Notes: a model not told the origin generated them from the sequence alone. A stretch of 64,000 nt of DNA from Chloropicon primus (GCA_023205875.1 CP060764.1:372001-436000), one strand, 5' to 3'. Shown: positions 24,045 through 36,067, counted from the stretch's first letter. Made by a program: numbers and translations.

Positions 24045-24923
24045 CGCGGATCCGCTACCACCACCCAAGCTATCTGCCCTCTGGCGAATCTCGCCCTTCC
24101 CTTCGACTCACCCTTCCCTTGTTGTTGTCGCGCTGCTGATGGGTCAGTGAGGAGTGGCCCAAGGAGAAGAACCACCTGGCTACTGTGCCCTAGTAATGCG
24201 GAGACGCTGCCGGGTAATCCTTCTTCAAGCCTTCTGCCTGTCGTGCCCTGCAACTCAACCCCAGTGCGCCTTGAGTGAGTGCCTGCCCTCGGTCTCAGCT
24301 GCACAAAGATCGGATGGATTGCCGGCTCCTTCCTTCTTCCTCCTTGCCTCGTCAAGCAGAACCTGTTAACTCCTTGCCTTTGCCTTGTTGATGGTTGCCC
24401 TTGGCTTCAATCACTTTATGCTTGGACACCTTGAGACACCGAAAAGCGTGAGTCACCTTCCTTTGAACCAACAACCAACCCAGACTCAGACTCAGTGAGT
24501 AGTGAGTGAGTGGGCGTCCGTGAGTGAGTGAGTGAGTGAGTGTCCTCGGCCTCGAGCGTGGATTGGTTCGTCCTAGGCTTCCCTCTTGAATGGTTCATCT
24601 CCATTCATGGATGATAACGTGGCACAGGGTTCCGATTCTTCCAATTCTTGGAAAAAATTCTTCCACTACTCGGATCTTCCCTTTGCCACTCGGGGAACGT
24701 AGGATCCGAGTTTGTGCGGCTGCGCGGCGAGGAGGGAGGACGCTGGGTAAGTTACAGACGACGCTGGAGGGCGAGCTCGTGCAGCGAGGAGGAGGAGAGG
24801 CGAATGATTCGAAGCGTCTTGTCGAAGCCTCTAGTCGAGATCTTTCGTTTGAGCCGTCGATTGGAAAGAATGACGCCGGATTGAGGACTGAAAGGGAACA
24901 TCTTTTGCAGTTGTTGATTTGTT

Positions 24924-24958
<35 letters not shown>

Positions 24959-24968
24959 GAGGGAGGGG

Positions 24969-26359
24969 ATGAGGCTTCTTGTGCGAGAGACCCTCACGAC
25001 GCTGAGGAGATGCAGAGGACGGGTCCCTTTCGGCGCGACGTCGTCTCTCTCCGGCGTGGAGACCACAAGCTCGACGAGCGACTTGACAACGGCTGGCGTT
25101 GCCTCGTACGCCACTCTGAGGGGTGGCCATGGCGGTCGCTTTCCGGGACGGGGCTGGAGCGCGACCCCGGGATGCCCCGGTCTCGTCGCCACGACGGCGA
25201 GGAGGAGTTATGCCAAGGACTTTTACGACACGCTGGGCGTGAACAGGGGCGCCAGCAAGGGGGATATCAAGAAGGCTTACCTGCAGAAGGCCAAGGAGCG
25301 TAAGTGCTTTGCTTTGGACGGGCGGTGCTGCCCGCTCGACTTTGACCCTCTCCCTCGAGTGAGGTGCTGACTCCCCTTCGGTTCTCTTTTTGCTTTGCTT
25401 TGCTTTGCTTTGCAGTCCACCCCGACACGAACACGGACGACCCCGACGCCGCTTCCAAGTTTCAGGACGTGCAGAAGGCCTACGAGGTCCTGAAGGACGA
25501 CGAGAAGAAGCGCGTCTACGATCAGGTTGGCGCCGATGCTTACGAGAGCTACGAGAGCGGAGGTGGATCTGCTGGCGCTGGTGGCTTTGGCGGCGGACCC
25601 GGGGGCTTTGGCTTCGAACAGGGACCCTTTGGGTTCCATTTCAGGCAGGGCGGACAAGGAGACATCAACCTGGATGACATCTTCAGCGAGTTCTTTGGCT
25701 CGCAGATGGGGCAGGATCCGTTCGGGAGCAGGCGGCGCAGGAGGGGTCAAAACTTGGCGGTGGAGATGGCCGTGTCTTTCACAGAGGCGGCGTTTGGCTG
25801 CACCAAGACCATAGCCGTCGACGTGCCTGTGGAGCACCTCGCTAGGGGAAGCAGGTCGAGATCCGTGAGAACGGAGAGAAAAGAGGTGGACATCAGCATT
25901 CCTGCTGGGGTGGACGACAACGAGACCTTGAGGGTCAGGGGAGAGGGATCACCTGGACCGGAGGGGGCCAACCCGGGCGACCTCATGGTCTACTTGAGAG
26001 TGATGCCCCACCCGCAGTTCACGAGGAGTGGCCACAACATCAATATCAACGTGGAGATCAACGTGATCCAGGCGATCCTTGGAGGCAACGTGAGGATACC
26101 AACCTTGGACGAGGGTGACCTTCAACTGAAAGTGAGGCCCGGGACCCAACCCGAAGAGATGCAGGTCATCAAAGGCAAGGGCATCCCCATCTTGGGCGCC
26201 CGTTCCGTGCGCTCGAGGGGAAACATGTACGTCAAGTTCAAGGTCAGCACGCCCAACAGCGCCCTCCTCACGGAGAGGCAGAGAGAGCTTTTGGAAGAAT
26301 TTCAGGAAATAGAAGAGAACAGGGGGGGCGATAACACGAGGCGCTCCTCGGGTTCCTAA
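24969..26359 (+). CDS. Organellar (likely mitochondrial) DnaJ chaperone without zinc finger
   Basis: Exons 24969-25299 and 25416-26359 restore the J-domain HPD motif. G/F region and DnaJ C-terminal domain (IPAGVD, GDLMVYL, PGTQP, RGNMYV). No CxxCxGxG repeats. Confidence 0.9.
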
Positions 26360-26666
26360 TAATTTAATTTAACTTTAATCCATTCATTCCATTTGTACCG
26401 TCCGCCTCCCTCCCTCCTCCAAAGACCTTCCTCGTCGATTGATGGAGACCTTCGGTGATTGGATTCTCCATCCGGTGCTGAAAGAGAGAAAAAAAGCAGC
26501 AGCAGGGAACTTTAATCCATTCCTTGGGCCCCTTCCTCCCCTCCCTCCTCCCCTTCTTCCACGAGCCTCACGAGAGGATGAAAGATGATGATGATTCTGG
26601 GCAGAGAGAAGCGAGCGAGTGGATTGAGAGCGAGGTCTTGTGAGACCCCAGGGGGGTCAGAGAACC

Positions 26667-28638
26667 ATGGCGCCCACACCGAAGAGGAAGGGGTCTTACT
26701 TCGGGAGGTTTGGTGCAAACAGAAGGTTCCTTCTTCCAATATCCATACCTCATGACGTCGCGTCCACCAAGAAACTCTTCTTTTCAAAGGTAACTAGCCT
26801 TGTTCTCTGGAGTTAGAGAGTCCCTCCCACAGAAAACGAGGAGAGGGAGGGACCCGGTGACAAGCAAGTCGATTCGAGCGACTGACAGGCAATCTCCTTT
26901 CCATCTGATCTCTTTCAGCGCCCAATGGCTTCCGCCTTGACTGTCTTGGTCGCCGTCGTGCTCCTGATCACATGGATAGTCAGGTAAGTCCAAAGGATTC
27001 ATCTCTTCTCTCTTGCCGCAGGAAAGAGTTTGTCCAAGCACGTCCAAGGTCAAGGGAATGAGGCGGAGGTGGAATGTCACCCAAGGGCGAGCCGCTGAAC
27101 CCCCATTCTCCCTCTCTCCCTCTCTCCCTCTCTCTCTCTTGTCGCTTTCTTTCTCTTGGTTCCCTTTTGCAGCTTGCTGCCATACAGGGATCCAGTGATG
27201 AGGCTGGAGAAGGAGCGTTCCAAAGTCTTGAGGACCCTCAGAGGAGTGAATGCGGAGTACCACAGGGTCAAGGCCATGGAGCAGGAAGCGATGGAGAGGA
27301 AGGCCTTCTTGTTGAAGGATCTCGACAAGTACGAAAGCGACTTGATCTTGGCCCAGAATGACGAGGACGTTGACGCCGTGGTTGGGAGCCTGGGGAAGGG
27401 AAGGGAAAAGGGAAAGAGCAAGATGAGGGCGTGCTCGGGAGCTTCCTGCAGACGCCACTTGGAGAGGGTCTCGGATGACCTAAGGGCTCCAAGAATCTTC
27501 GTCTACGACTTGCCGCGGCGATTCAACAAGGAGCTGTCGAAGAAGTACAAGAGATGCATCACGGATCAATACGGAACGGAGGTAAGCCAGCTTGACCACT
27601 GTCCCTGTGGACCCCCTCCAGAAGAAGAACATTACTGAATCTAACCGACTTGGGTCTCAGGTGCTCTTCCACGAGGAACTGATCAAGAACAAAAACATTT
27701 ACAGAACGACGGAGCCTGAGCGAGCGGACTTCTTCTTGGTTCCTGTGTACGGGGAGTGCTTCCTGTGGCAGTACGAGATGCTGAAGAAGCAGGGACACGA
27801 CAAATCTTTTGACCTGACGAACCAGCTTTACCTGGATGCCCTGAACATCATCAAGCAGTACCCGTACTGGGACCGCTCGGGTGGCAGGGACCATATTTTC
27901 GTCTTCCCGGGGGCCAGGGGGCCCACCATCTTCAAGGAGTGGGAGGACCACATCAAGGGCTCGATTTTCTTGACGCCGGAGGGGGACCGCAAGGCCGCCT
28001 ACTTCAACACCTGGAAGGACATCGTGATCCCTGGGCTGGAGTGGGACCAAATGTTCGTGGATCCAGAGAACAGGAAAGAGCTCGAGAATGACTTCAACAC
28101 GCCGAAAAAGTACCTTGCTTTCTTCAGGGGGACGATCAACCACCGGGATGGTTGGGCTTACTCGAGGGGCCTGAGGCCAAGGCTGCAAAAACTTCTGGCC
28201 AACGAGTCCGACGTCATTTATGACACCAAGCACAGCACCTGCGACAGGAAATGCTACAGGAGGGAGATGTCCCAATCGAAGTTCTGCTTGAACCCTCTGG
28301 GCTGGACGCCCTGGACCCTTCGATTCTACCAGGCGCTGATGGTTCGGTGCATTCCGGTAATGATCGCCGATGACATCGAATTCCCGTACGAGAACGAGAT
28401 CGACTACAGCGAGATATCGTTGAAGATCCGGGAGAACGATGTCGACAACATCGTGAAGATCCTCCGAGGCTTCTCGGAGGAGGAGAGAAGGAAGAAGCTG
28501 GAGGCAATTGACAAGGTTTGGATGATGTTCACATACCAAAGGCCCTCCCAGCCTGGCGATGCCTTTCACACGGTGATGAAAGAGCTCGCTCGAAAGAAAC
28601 TTATCTTCAAGAACTCTGCGAACAGAACGTGGACTTGA
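26667..28638 (+). CDS. Exostosin/GT47 glycosyltransferase (type II membrane)
   Basis: Exons 26667-26789, 26919-26983 (TM), 27173-27581, 27661-28638. IFVYDLP, ADFFLVPVY, PYWDRSGGRDH, SKFCLNPLG, CIPVMIAD. Confidence 0.9.
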
Positions 28639-28999
28639 CATCAAAACTAAAATAACTTACACCAAGCCTTTGTAACAACATTTATATTCTTCAAATATTT
28701 TTTTAAGTGAGCCGGAAGAAACCTGCTGGTGCTGGTGGTGGACGATCCTCCCTCCCTGACCTTCCCAACGCCGTCGCAGCCGACGGACGGGAACGGACGG
28801 ACGGACGGACCCATCCATCGGTTCCGTCGGTTATGGACTTCATCATCACCATCACCATCACCATCACCATCACCCATATATGAATTTATATTTTTTTGAA
28901 TCCAAGGTGAGCCACAGAAGCTTAAGCTGCTGGGTGAGCCATGGGTATGACAGAGAGAAGGAGGGAGAGAGACTAGAGCAGCAGCAGGTGACAGGGGGA

Positions 29000-29968
29000 A
29001 TGGGGGGCTGGGTTTCTGGACAACCGAGGAATGCAGCACCTTTCTCCAGGGTGAATGGTTTGCAGTGGCCTCTGAACTTGTGGCAGCTCGGGGCTGCTAC
29101 GGTGTTCTCGGTGCAGGCCTTGCTCTTCTTCTTTTACATATGCCCCTACGAGGACGTCACCGAAGTCTTTGGCTGCATACTCTACACCGTGTGCGCTTTC
29201 ACGACCTCGGGCGTAGTCGTGCTCTTCATACCGACGAGCTACATCGATCCTGGGGATGAGGCACGCTTCACCAAGTCAGACAGGGAGGAGCTGACACGGT
29301 ATTGTGGCCACTGCGAGGCCAAGGTGGAGGAGACGAGCAGGCACTGCACCAAGTGCAACAAGTGCGTGGTCGGCCTCGACCACCACTGCAAATGGCTAAA
29401 CACTTGCATCGGAAGCAAGAACTACAAGCCGTTCATCTTTCTTGTGGGATTCTGCATGCTCCATGTTACGATCCAGTTGCTCACGAGCGTCTACTTCCTG
29501 ATCGAAAGTTTGAAGACGGGGGAGAGGTCCCGGCGGAAGCTCGAGGACGACCACGTGATGAGCGCCACGATGACTGATTTTCAGATCTCTCTTGTGGTGA
29601 ACATTTTTCTCTCCTGCTTGCTCCTGATGGTGATTGGCGAACTCTTTGTGTTCCACGTCGTTCTCATCTGGAAGAACATCACAACGTACGACTTCATTAT
29701 GGCGTCGAGAGCGATGTTCAAAGCAGAGCAGCTGCACAAGGTGACCCTGAAGAATCTTTGCTGCGGGTGCTGCACGGGCAAAAGGAATAAGGTTGCTCCT
29801 GGGGGGGGAGAAGGCCAACCGGTTCCGAGGCCGCGAGCGGACTTCAAGATCAACTTGTGTACGCTCATCACCTTCGATGGAAACAAAGTCAACCAGTGGA
29901 CAGGGGGTTCGACATCGGCCAAGAGACAGAAAGAGAGGGGAGGCGAACAAATATTCTCGCCCCTGTAA
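29000..29968 (+). CDS. DHHC protein S-acyltransferase
   Basis: YCGHC...SRHCTKCNKCVVGLDHHCKWLNTCIG and ITTYDFI. N-terminal RVNGLQWP. Confidence 0.95.
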   Translation: MGGWVSGQPRNAAPFSRVNGLQWPLNLWQLGAATVFSVQALLFFFYICPYEDVTEVFGCILYTVCAFTTSGVVVLFIPTSYIDPGDEARFTKSDREELTRYCGHCEAKVEETSRHCTKCNKCVVGLDHHCKWLNTCIGSKNYKPFIFLVGFCMLHVTIQLLTSVYFLIESLKTGERSRRKLEDDHVMSATMTDFQISLVVNIFLSCLLLMVIGELFVFHVVLIWKNITTYDFIMASRAMFKAEQLHKVTLKNLCCGCCTGKRNKVAPGGGEGQPVPRPRADFKINLCTLITFDGNKVNQWTGGSTSAKRQKERGGEQIFSPL

Positions 29969-30095
29969 GTGTCTCCATACTTGTACTCTTGTGTAAATAC
30001 TTTCTTAATGATTTGTTTTCAACCGAAACCAAAGTTGTACGGACAAGGGAGGTCCCCACGCCACGCTCTCTGCTGCTCAGCAAGGCAAAGGATTC

Positions 30096-30803
30096 TCAAT
30101 TGAAAGCTATCACGACAAGAATGATTAAGAGGAAAGTCAGGACGAATATGATAGTGCACTGCCCCTTCGTCCCAGACTTTTTGATCACCTTCTCGAGCTT
30201 CCTCCTTGCCGCCTTGAGCCTCGATTGGGTTTCATCCACCTCGTACTCCATCTCCTCCAGGAGGTCCGCCTGAGTCTGCAACTCCTCGCCTATCGTCAAC
30301 CCCACCTGACCCAACCGTGTCACCGCACCGCTGAGTTGGTCCAGACTCTCATCTTGCTGTCGAAGGAGCAGCTGCTGGTTGTCTTGCTGGGAAGCTATGA
30401 AATCGTCGTTCTCTTTGATTAAAGCCCCGTCGAGCTTGGAGGAAGCCGTTCCGGTGAGGCTCGCGTGAGCGGCCCGGGCAGCCTGACCCTTTGCTGCCTC
30501 CAGAGAAAGCGTGACCTTGTTGATGTTGGACCGCATGTTCCTCGCCCACTCTTTTCTACTTTCTATCTCCTCCCTCGCGAGCTTGAACCTTCCTGGCTCC
30601 TTTTCTGCCATCGAGACCGCCCGGTCCATCTCATCTACCTGCCATGATAAACTCTCGCACGAAGACTCTAGCTCCCGGCCGAGCATAACTCGCTCAGCAT
30701 TCCCTTCCGGTAGTCGGTCCCATTTGCTGTACGACCTCTCTATCTGTGAGTACAAGCTCTCTATCTCGTCCCTGACGATGAAAAACGGGTCTCTGGACGA
30801 CAT
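30096..30803 (-). CDS. SYP61: Syntaxin-6/SYP61 Qc-SNARE
   Basis: DPFFIVRDEI N-terminus, SNARE motif QDESLDQL...IGEELQTQ, C-terminal TM helix. Confidence 0.92.
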   Translation of the reverse strand: MSSRDPFFIVRDEIESLYSQIERSYSKWDRLPEGNAERVMLGRELESSCESLSWQVDEMDRAVSMAEKEPGRFKLAREEIESRKEWARNMRSNINKVTLSLEAAKGQAARAAHASLTGTASSKLDGALIKENDDFIASQQDNQQLLLRQQDESLDQLSGAVTRLGQVGLTIGEELQTQADLLEEMEYEVDETQSRLKAARRKLEKVIKKSGTKGQCTIIFVLTFLLIILVVIAFN

Positions 30804-31179
30804 GGTGCTGCCTTGACCACCTTGCTTCCGCCTTTGGCCACCGGCACGCTCTTCCTGGACCCAAGCCGCTTCACTTCACAGCCCCTTTGGTCTCTGCACT
30901 TAGGGTCAGGAGGAAACTGATGAAGACAACCGTCTCGAGCTCGAGCTCAAAAGTCTGGAGAGAGGGAGTGTGTGTGTGTGAGGGAGGGAGGGAGGGAGGG
31001 AGGATAGGATGATGGTGGGCGTGCGGAGAGGTTGAGCTGGTGATGATCTACAGTCATTTTGTCACTTCGTGCGCTCCCTAGGTCAGGTCTCTGCGACAAG
31101 AATTGCTCAGGGTCGGGGCAGGAGACGAAAAATGGGTGGAATTATTACATGTCGAGTCAGTGCTGCACAACATCCATCT

Positions 31180-33603
31180 TCAGGACGTTTCAACCAGCCT
31201 CGGCGGCCTGCGGCCTTTGCTCTTCTTCATGATAAACTCCCGGAGACTGTTGCTGTCCTTCTTTTCACTGTCTGACAGCACAGAGAATTTGCTCAGGGCT
31301 GTTTTTGTGCTTTCCACCAGCTCCCTGTGGTCCCTCTCGCTGCTGATGCCGACGCTTCCCTTGTGGATTGGGCCGCCGTAGGCGAGCAGACTCACGTCCG
31401 GCGCGGGGCCACGCCCGTACCACCTGCTTCCGCTGCCCAAACCTGGCATCTCCTTCTCCATTCGATTTACGGCAGACCTCCTGGCTTTCTGTCTCCAGGC
31501 CCTCGCGATCGGCTCCACTAGCTCCATGCTTCTCCGTGTCGCTTCCGCGTTGACCACCGCAAGAGCTTGCATGCGTGATCTGTGCCGCCGGAGACCTGTC
31601 TCCATGAGTTTTTGGATCCCTCTCGAGGCGCTTGTCTTCCAAAACTTTTTGATGGCGATCTTCTCGTCCTCCTTCATGATCTTGCCGTCTGCGATCCACC
31701 GGACCCACCGGTGGAAACCAGCCTTCAAAACGTGCGCCAGGTGGTCCTTCTCCGCCTTGTACAGGGCTAGCCTCTTCTCCTTCCTGCGTTGGACGTTCAG
31801 CCCGAACCCAAGGATGCCGGACCTTGTGAGATTTCGTGCCCTCAGAGCGTCTGCTTGTGCGATCGCCGCCTTCTTCTGCCTGCGGCGGCAGACGTAGGGA
31901 ATCCAAGCTTTGCGAATGCAGCTCCGGAGAACCCCTTGCTGGTGCTTCAAAATCGCCAAGGACAGGGTCAATTTCTTGGCGCCCTTCAGGTAAGCGTACT
32001 TCTGCCAGGATCGAAGGACCCTGGACACGAACTTGCCGAAGACTAACTTCTCCAGGGCCCTGCCCCTCCTCACGTCCTCCAGCTCCTTGACTTTCCTGCG
32101 CTCGTACGCAAGGAGCCAGACGCGAAAAGCCCTTGTGCAGCAATTGGAGCTCAGCATCTCCCTCGCTTTCCTCTCCAGAGCCTTTAGGGAGTTCAGAGAT
32201 ACCCACGAACGGAACGCCAGGGAAGCAAGGAAAGTTTTGGAGAACTTCTCAGACCTCTGCTTCAGGTCTTTCTTCCTCTGGCGCATGGGCAAGAACACGT
32301 CGTGCCAAGCAGAAAAGGCTTTCGTCAAAGCCTGCTTCTCGAGGGCAGTGTAGACCTCGAGCACTCGCTCCACATTTGCTTTCATCGCTTCCTTGTGGAT
32401 CTGCAGAACTTGCAAGCACTTCAACAGCCTCGAGACGTAAAGCCTCGACACGACGATCCTCCTCCTTCTCTCCAAGTCACTCGCTCTGAAGGCAAGCCGG
32501 TGCCACTCGGCGACAATCTTGTGCATGTTGGACCGAGTCTTGTGGGCCTCCTTCATCTCAACCCACGCGACGACCTCGCAGAACTTTCTCCATTCCCTCA
32601 GGCACGCCCTGGACGCCGCCCTCACGTAATGCGTGGTGGCCAGGCGCTTCTGAACCTCCCAGTCCTTGGCCGCGAGCCAGGAGGCCCTCCAAGCTTCGAA
32701 GGCCGCGCGGCGGCGTCTTTCCCTCCACGCCTGAGCGAGGTCTGCGAACCTCTTCCTCCTCTCGCTTCTGACTCTGCACAAGTGCCTCCACGCCAGCAAC
32801 GCAAGCCGCTTCTGCAGCCGCTCCGTGTCCGACTGGGCCCTCTCCTTGGTTTTCCTGTTCCACAGCTGCAAGGTCGACTTGCACAGCAGGTCGTTCCTTT
32901 CCTTGCACTTCTTCTTGATGGCGACGCTCTCGCTGGCCACGCCCCTCCACTGGTCCAGGACCTTCCTGTGGCGCCTCCGCCTGAAGCCCGAGACCAGCTC
33001 CTCCTGCTCCCTTGAGGAGTCTTGAGCCCTCTCCGCCCACGCGTTCAAGGCCACCACAAGTTGCCACTTCCTCCGCTCGCCCACCCGCCTCTTCCACTGC
33101 GTCAGCGACGCCCGCAGGTATATCACGGCCCTCCTGGCCAGGACGCACATGTACAGGTGCCTGGCTGACCTCCCCCTCGTTGCTGCCTCCCTCCAAGCGT
33201 CGAAGCTCTTCGAGACATATTTGCCGTACGAGACGCTCGCGTGGTGCACCAGCGCCAGCCTATGGAGCGTCCTCCCCTCCGTCCTGCTCCTCGCGAAACC
33301 CTTCAGCGCCCTCCCCTTCAGCGTCGCCTCGTACCTCCTCTCTGCCCTCCTCCCCGCAGCGAAGGACGTCCAGTGCTCCACCACTATTTTGGCCACCTTG
33401 TCCTGATACAAGCGAAAGGACTCCCTCGCGAAGGACTCCATATCGAAACTCGAAGAAACGGAAGAAGAGTAGTCTCCAGAGCCAGACGTACAAACAAGGT
33501 GCCTCTCCCCTCCATGGGAACGGGACCCCCCTTCCACCATCACGCCCACCATCCCAAAGACCTCCACCTTTGCCTCCACTCTCCTTGCCTCTCTGTCTGT
33601 CAA
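31180..33603 (-). CDS. SFI1-like centrin-binding repeat protein (start codon uncertain)
   Basis: Many basic helical repeats ending in F/L-x2-W-K/R (KSFDAWR, AFEAWR, CLREWR, KAFSAWH, AFRSWV, RAFRVWL, VLRSWQ, AGFHRWV). Confidence 0.72.
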   Translation of the reverse strand: MTDREARRVEAKVEVFGMVGVMVEGGSRSHGGERHLVCTSGSGDYSSSVSSSFDMESFARESFRLYQDKVAKIVVEHWTSFAAGRRAERRYEATLKGRALKGFARSRTEGRTLHRLALVHHASVSYGKYVSKSFDAWREAATRGRSARHLYMCVLARRAVIYLRASLTQWKRRVGERRKWQLVVALNAWAERAQDSSREQEELVSGFRRRRHRKVLDQWRGVASESVAIKKKCKERNDLLCKSTLQLWNRKTKERAQSDTERLQKRLALLAWRHLCRVRSERRKRFADLAQAWRERRRRAAFEAWRASWLAAKDWEVQKRLATTHYVRAASRACLREWRKFCEVVAWVEMKEAHKTRSNMHKIVAEWHRLAFRASDLERRRRIVVSRLYVSRLLKCLQVLQIHKEAMKANVERVLEVYTALEKQALTKAFSAWHDVFLPMRQRKKDLKQRSEKFSKTFLASLAFRSWVSLNSLKALERKAREMLSSNCCTRAFRVWLLAYERRKVKELEDVRRGRALEKLVFGKFVSRVLRSWQKYAYLKGAKKLTLSLAILKHQQGVLRSCIRKAWIPYVCRRRQKKAAIAQADALRARNLTRSGILGFGLNVQRRKEKRLALYKAEKDHLAHVLKAGFHRWVRWIADGKIMKEDEKIAIKKFWKTSASRGIQKLMETGLRRHRSRMQALAVVNAEATRRSMELVEPIARAWRQKARRSAVNRMEKEMPGLGSGSRWYGRGPAPDVSLLAYGGPIHKGSVGISSERDHRELVESTKTALSKFSVLSDSEKKDSNSLREFIMKKSKGRRPPRLVETS

Positions 33604-33702
33604 AATCGTATTCCTCTAAGTTCGAGCGCCCTCGAGAATTCTATGATAGACGTTAACCTTATCCAGAACCTCATCAAAACCCTGCAGAGGAGAAAGGAGG
33701 AG

Positions 33703-34076
33703 ACTGAGGAGGAGCAAGCACTGAGGAGGAGCAAGCACTGAGAAGGTGGATCCGCACCCGCACCTCGCATTGTGTCACCCTCTCGCTTGACGCCATCACA
33801 AACATCGCATCGGTTGGTTTTTGGGTTTGGTTTTGGATTGGATTGGATTGGATTGGATTGGTTTTAGAGAGGAACAAGTGGAGGAGGAGCAAGCACTGAG
33901 GAGGAGCAAGCACTGAGGAGGAGCAAGCACTGAGGAGGAGCAAGCACTGAGGAGGACAAGCACTGAGGAGGTGGATCCGCACCCGCACCTCGCATTGTGT
34001 CACCCTCTTGCTTGACGCCATCACAAACATCACATCGGTTGGTTTTTGGTTTTGGATTGGATTGGTTTTAGAGAGG
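33703..34076. repeat. Compound tandem duplication (17-bp GAGGAGGAGCAAGCACT arrays plus a duplicated ~110-130 bp core)
   Basis: Core GGTGGATCCGCACCCG...GTTTTAGAGAGG occurs at about 33745-33872 and 33970-34076, each copy preceded by 17-mers. Confidence 0.9.
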
Positions 34077-34080
34077 GGGT

Positions 34081-36012
34081 ATGGGGGTGCTGCTTCAGAT
34101 GGGGCTGAGCGCCGTGGTGGCGAGCCTTCCGGCGACGAAGGGTGTTGCCATCGGGCTCGCGGGCATCGCCGCGTCGCTGGAAGGAGCCAAGCGGTTGTCG
34201 AGACGACGCAGGGGGAGGAAGACCAGGTCGGGGGAAGAAGGGGTGATCCTGGAAAAGTGCTCGAGCGTCAAGTGGGCTGGAGTGACCTGCGAGTACCGCG
34301 AGAAGGGCGGAAGCGAGCGGACCATCCTGAAAGATGCCGTGGGAATCGCGGAGCCGGGTCGAATGATGGCCATCATGGGCCCGAGCGGCTCGGGAAAGAC
34401 GACCCTGCTGAGCGCTCTGGCGGGCCAGATGCCCAAGAGCAAGAAGGTCACGCTGAGCGGGGCCATCGCTTGCGAGGGCGGCCGAGTGGCGTTCGTGCCG
34501 CAGGAGGACGTCTTCTACTCGCAGCTCACCGTTGAGGAGACCCTGAGGATGGCCGCGTCCTTCAAGCTCGCGGAGGGAACCACCGAGGAGCAGAGGGAGA
34601 GGAGAGTCCAGGAAGTCATGAAGGCTCTGTCTCTGACCCAGTGCGCAGGCACGCTGGTGGGGGACAGCAAGACGAGAGGGATTTCCGGGGGGGAGAAGAA
34701 GAGGCTTAGCATCGGCCTGGAGCTTCTGAGGCAGTCAGAAGTGCCCATACTGTGCGACGAGCCGACGACGGGGCTGGATTCCTTCCAGGCAGAGAAAGTT
34801 ATGCGCGTCCTTCGCCAGCTTGCGAACTCCGGTCGGACGGTAATAATCACGATTCACCAGCCCAAGTCCTCCATCTTTGGACTGTTCGACGACGTCGTGC
34901 TAATCTCCCAGGGTCTGACTGTCTTCAGCGGCGCGATCGCGGATGCCAAGACGTTCTTCGTGGAGCGATCGGGTATTCCGCTGCCTGAGCAAACGAACCT
35001 CTCTGAGTTCTTCCTCGACGTAATCTCGATAGACTTCGACAACGAGGCAGAGACCAGAGGGAACCTGATGAAGCTCGTTAGAAACTTTCGAGACGACGCG
35101 GCCCAGGTCGCCAGAGTTGTGGGGAAGGGCCCCAGTGGAAGACGGAGGGCCCAGGCGTGCCACAAAAATTTTTGGCACAGCGTGAAGCTGCTTTACCTGA
35201 GGAGTTTCCGCCAAGTGGCGAGGGACAGGGCGACGAACATCTTGAGGCTGACCACGAATCTGAACTCTGCTATCGTTTTCGGCTCGATTTACTGGAGGAT
35301 GAAACGAACGCAATCCACCATACAAGACCGCCAAGGCTTACTGCAGGTCGTCGCCATCAACACGGCCATGAGCTCCATCACCAAAACCCTCACGGCATTT
35401 TCGAGAGAGAAGGTCGTCGTGGACAGGGAGCGGACAAAGGGCGACTATCAGATTGGAGCGTACCTGGTGGCCAAACTCGCCGCGGAGCTCCCAGTCAGCG
35501 CAGTGTTTCCGATTGTCTTTGGAGCTTTGGTTTACCCGATGTGTGGTTTAAACAAGGAGGTCGCAAAGTTCGGCAAATTCTTGTCGTTGCTGACTTTCGA
35601 GTCATTCACCAGCTCGGCCATTGGGTTGAGCGTCGGCAGCATCGTGAATTCCCCGGAGGCGGCCAACGCGTTGGGACCAGCAGTGATGGTCCTTTTCATC
35701 GTGTTTGGAGGTTACTATTGCAGGGAGGAGAACGTTCCTATTGCCTTCCGATGGATCCCCAAAGTCAGCTTGATCCGGCACGCCTTTGAAGGGCTCACAA
35801 AGAATGAGTTCAGCGGCTTGAAGTTTGAGACCAAACAGCCAACGGATGTCGCAACCGGGGAAGCAGCCCTGACGAGACTGGGCTTTGGAGAATCCTCTGT
35901 TAGCAAGTCCCTCGTTGGACTCGGACGGATCATGCTGTTCAATTACATGTTCACATATGGAATGCTGAAGGAGAGGAAGCCCGAGTTCCAGCAACCAGTG
36001 GCGTCGTCGTAA
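34081..36012 (+). CDS. Half-size ABCG transporter
   Basis: Walker A GPSGSGKTT, signature ISGGEKKR, CDEPTTGLD, TIHQP, followed by an ABC2 membrane domain (NBD-TMD order). Confidence 0.95.
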   Translation: MGVLLQMGLSAVVASLPATKGVAIGLAGIAASLEGAKRLSRRRRGRKTRSGEEGVILEKCSSVKWAGVTCEYREKGGSERTILKDAVGIAEPGRMMAIMGPSGSGKTTLLSALAGQMPKSKKVTLSGAIACEGGRVAFVPQEDVFYSQLTVEETLRMAASFKLAEGTTEEQRERRVQEVMKALSLTQCAGTLVGDSKTRGISGGEKKRLSIGLELLRQSEVPILCDEPTTGLDSFQAEKVMRVLRQLANSGRTVIITIHQPKSSIFGLFDDVVLISQGLTVFSGAIADAKTFFVERSGIPLPEQTNLSEFFLDVISIDFDNEAETRGNLMKLVRNFRDDAAQVARVVGKGPSGRRRAQACHKNFWHSVKLLYLRSFRQVARDRATNILRLTTNLNSAIVFGSIYWRMKRTQSTIQDRQGLLQVVAINTAMSSITKTLTAFSREKVVVDRERTKGDYQIGAYLVAKLAAELPVSAVFPIVFGALVYPMCGLNKEVAKFGKFLSLLTFESFTSSAIGLSVGSIVNSPEAANALGPAVMVLFIVFGGYYCREENVPIAFRWIPKVSLIRHAFEGLTKNEFSGLKFETKQPTDVATGEAALTRLGFGESSVSKSLVGLGRIMLFNYMFTYGMLKERKPEFQQPVASS

Positions 36013-36067
36013 GAAGAACTCAAAATTTTTGATTATTGTATTGTATGCATATATATATAAATGTTTT

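Noticed and set aside
24969..26359. DnaJ lacking the zinc finger as a novelty
   Set aside because: Class II J-proteins without the zinc finger are common.
33703..33970. 17-bp repeats (also 51525-51575) as a CRISPR array
   Set aside because: The units are directly adjacent with no unique spacers, the context is eukaryotic and there are no cas genes.
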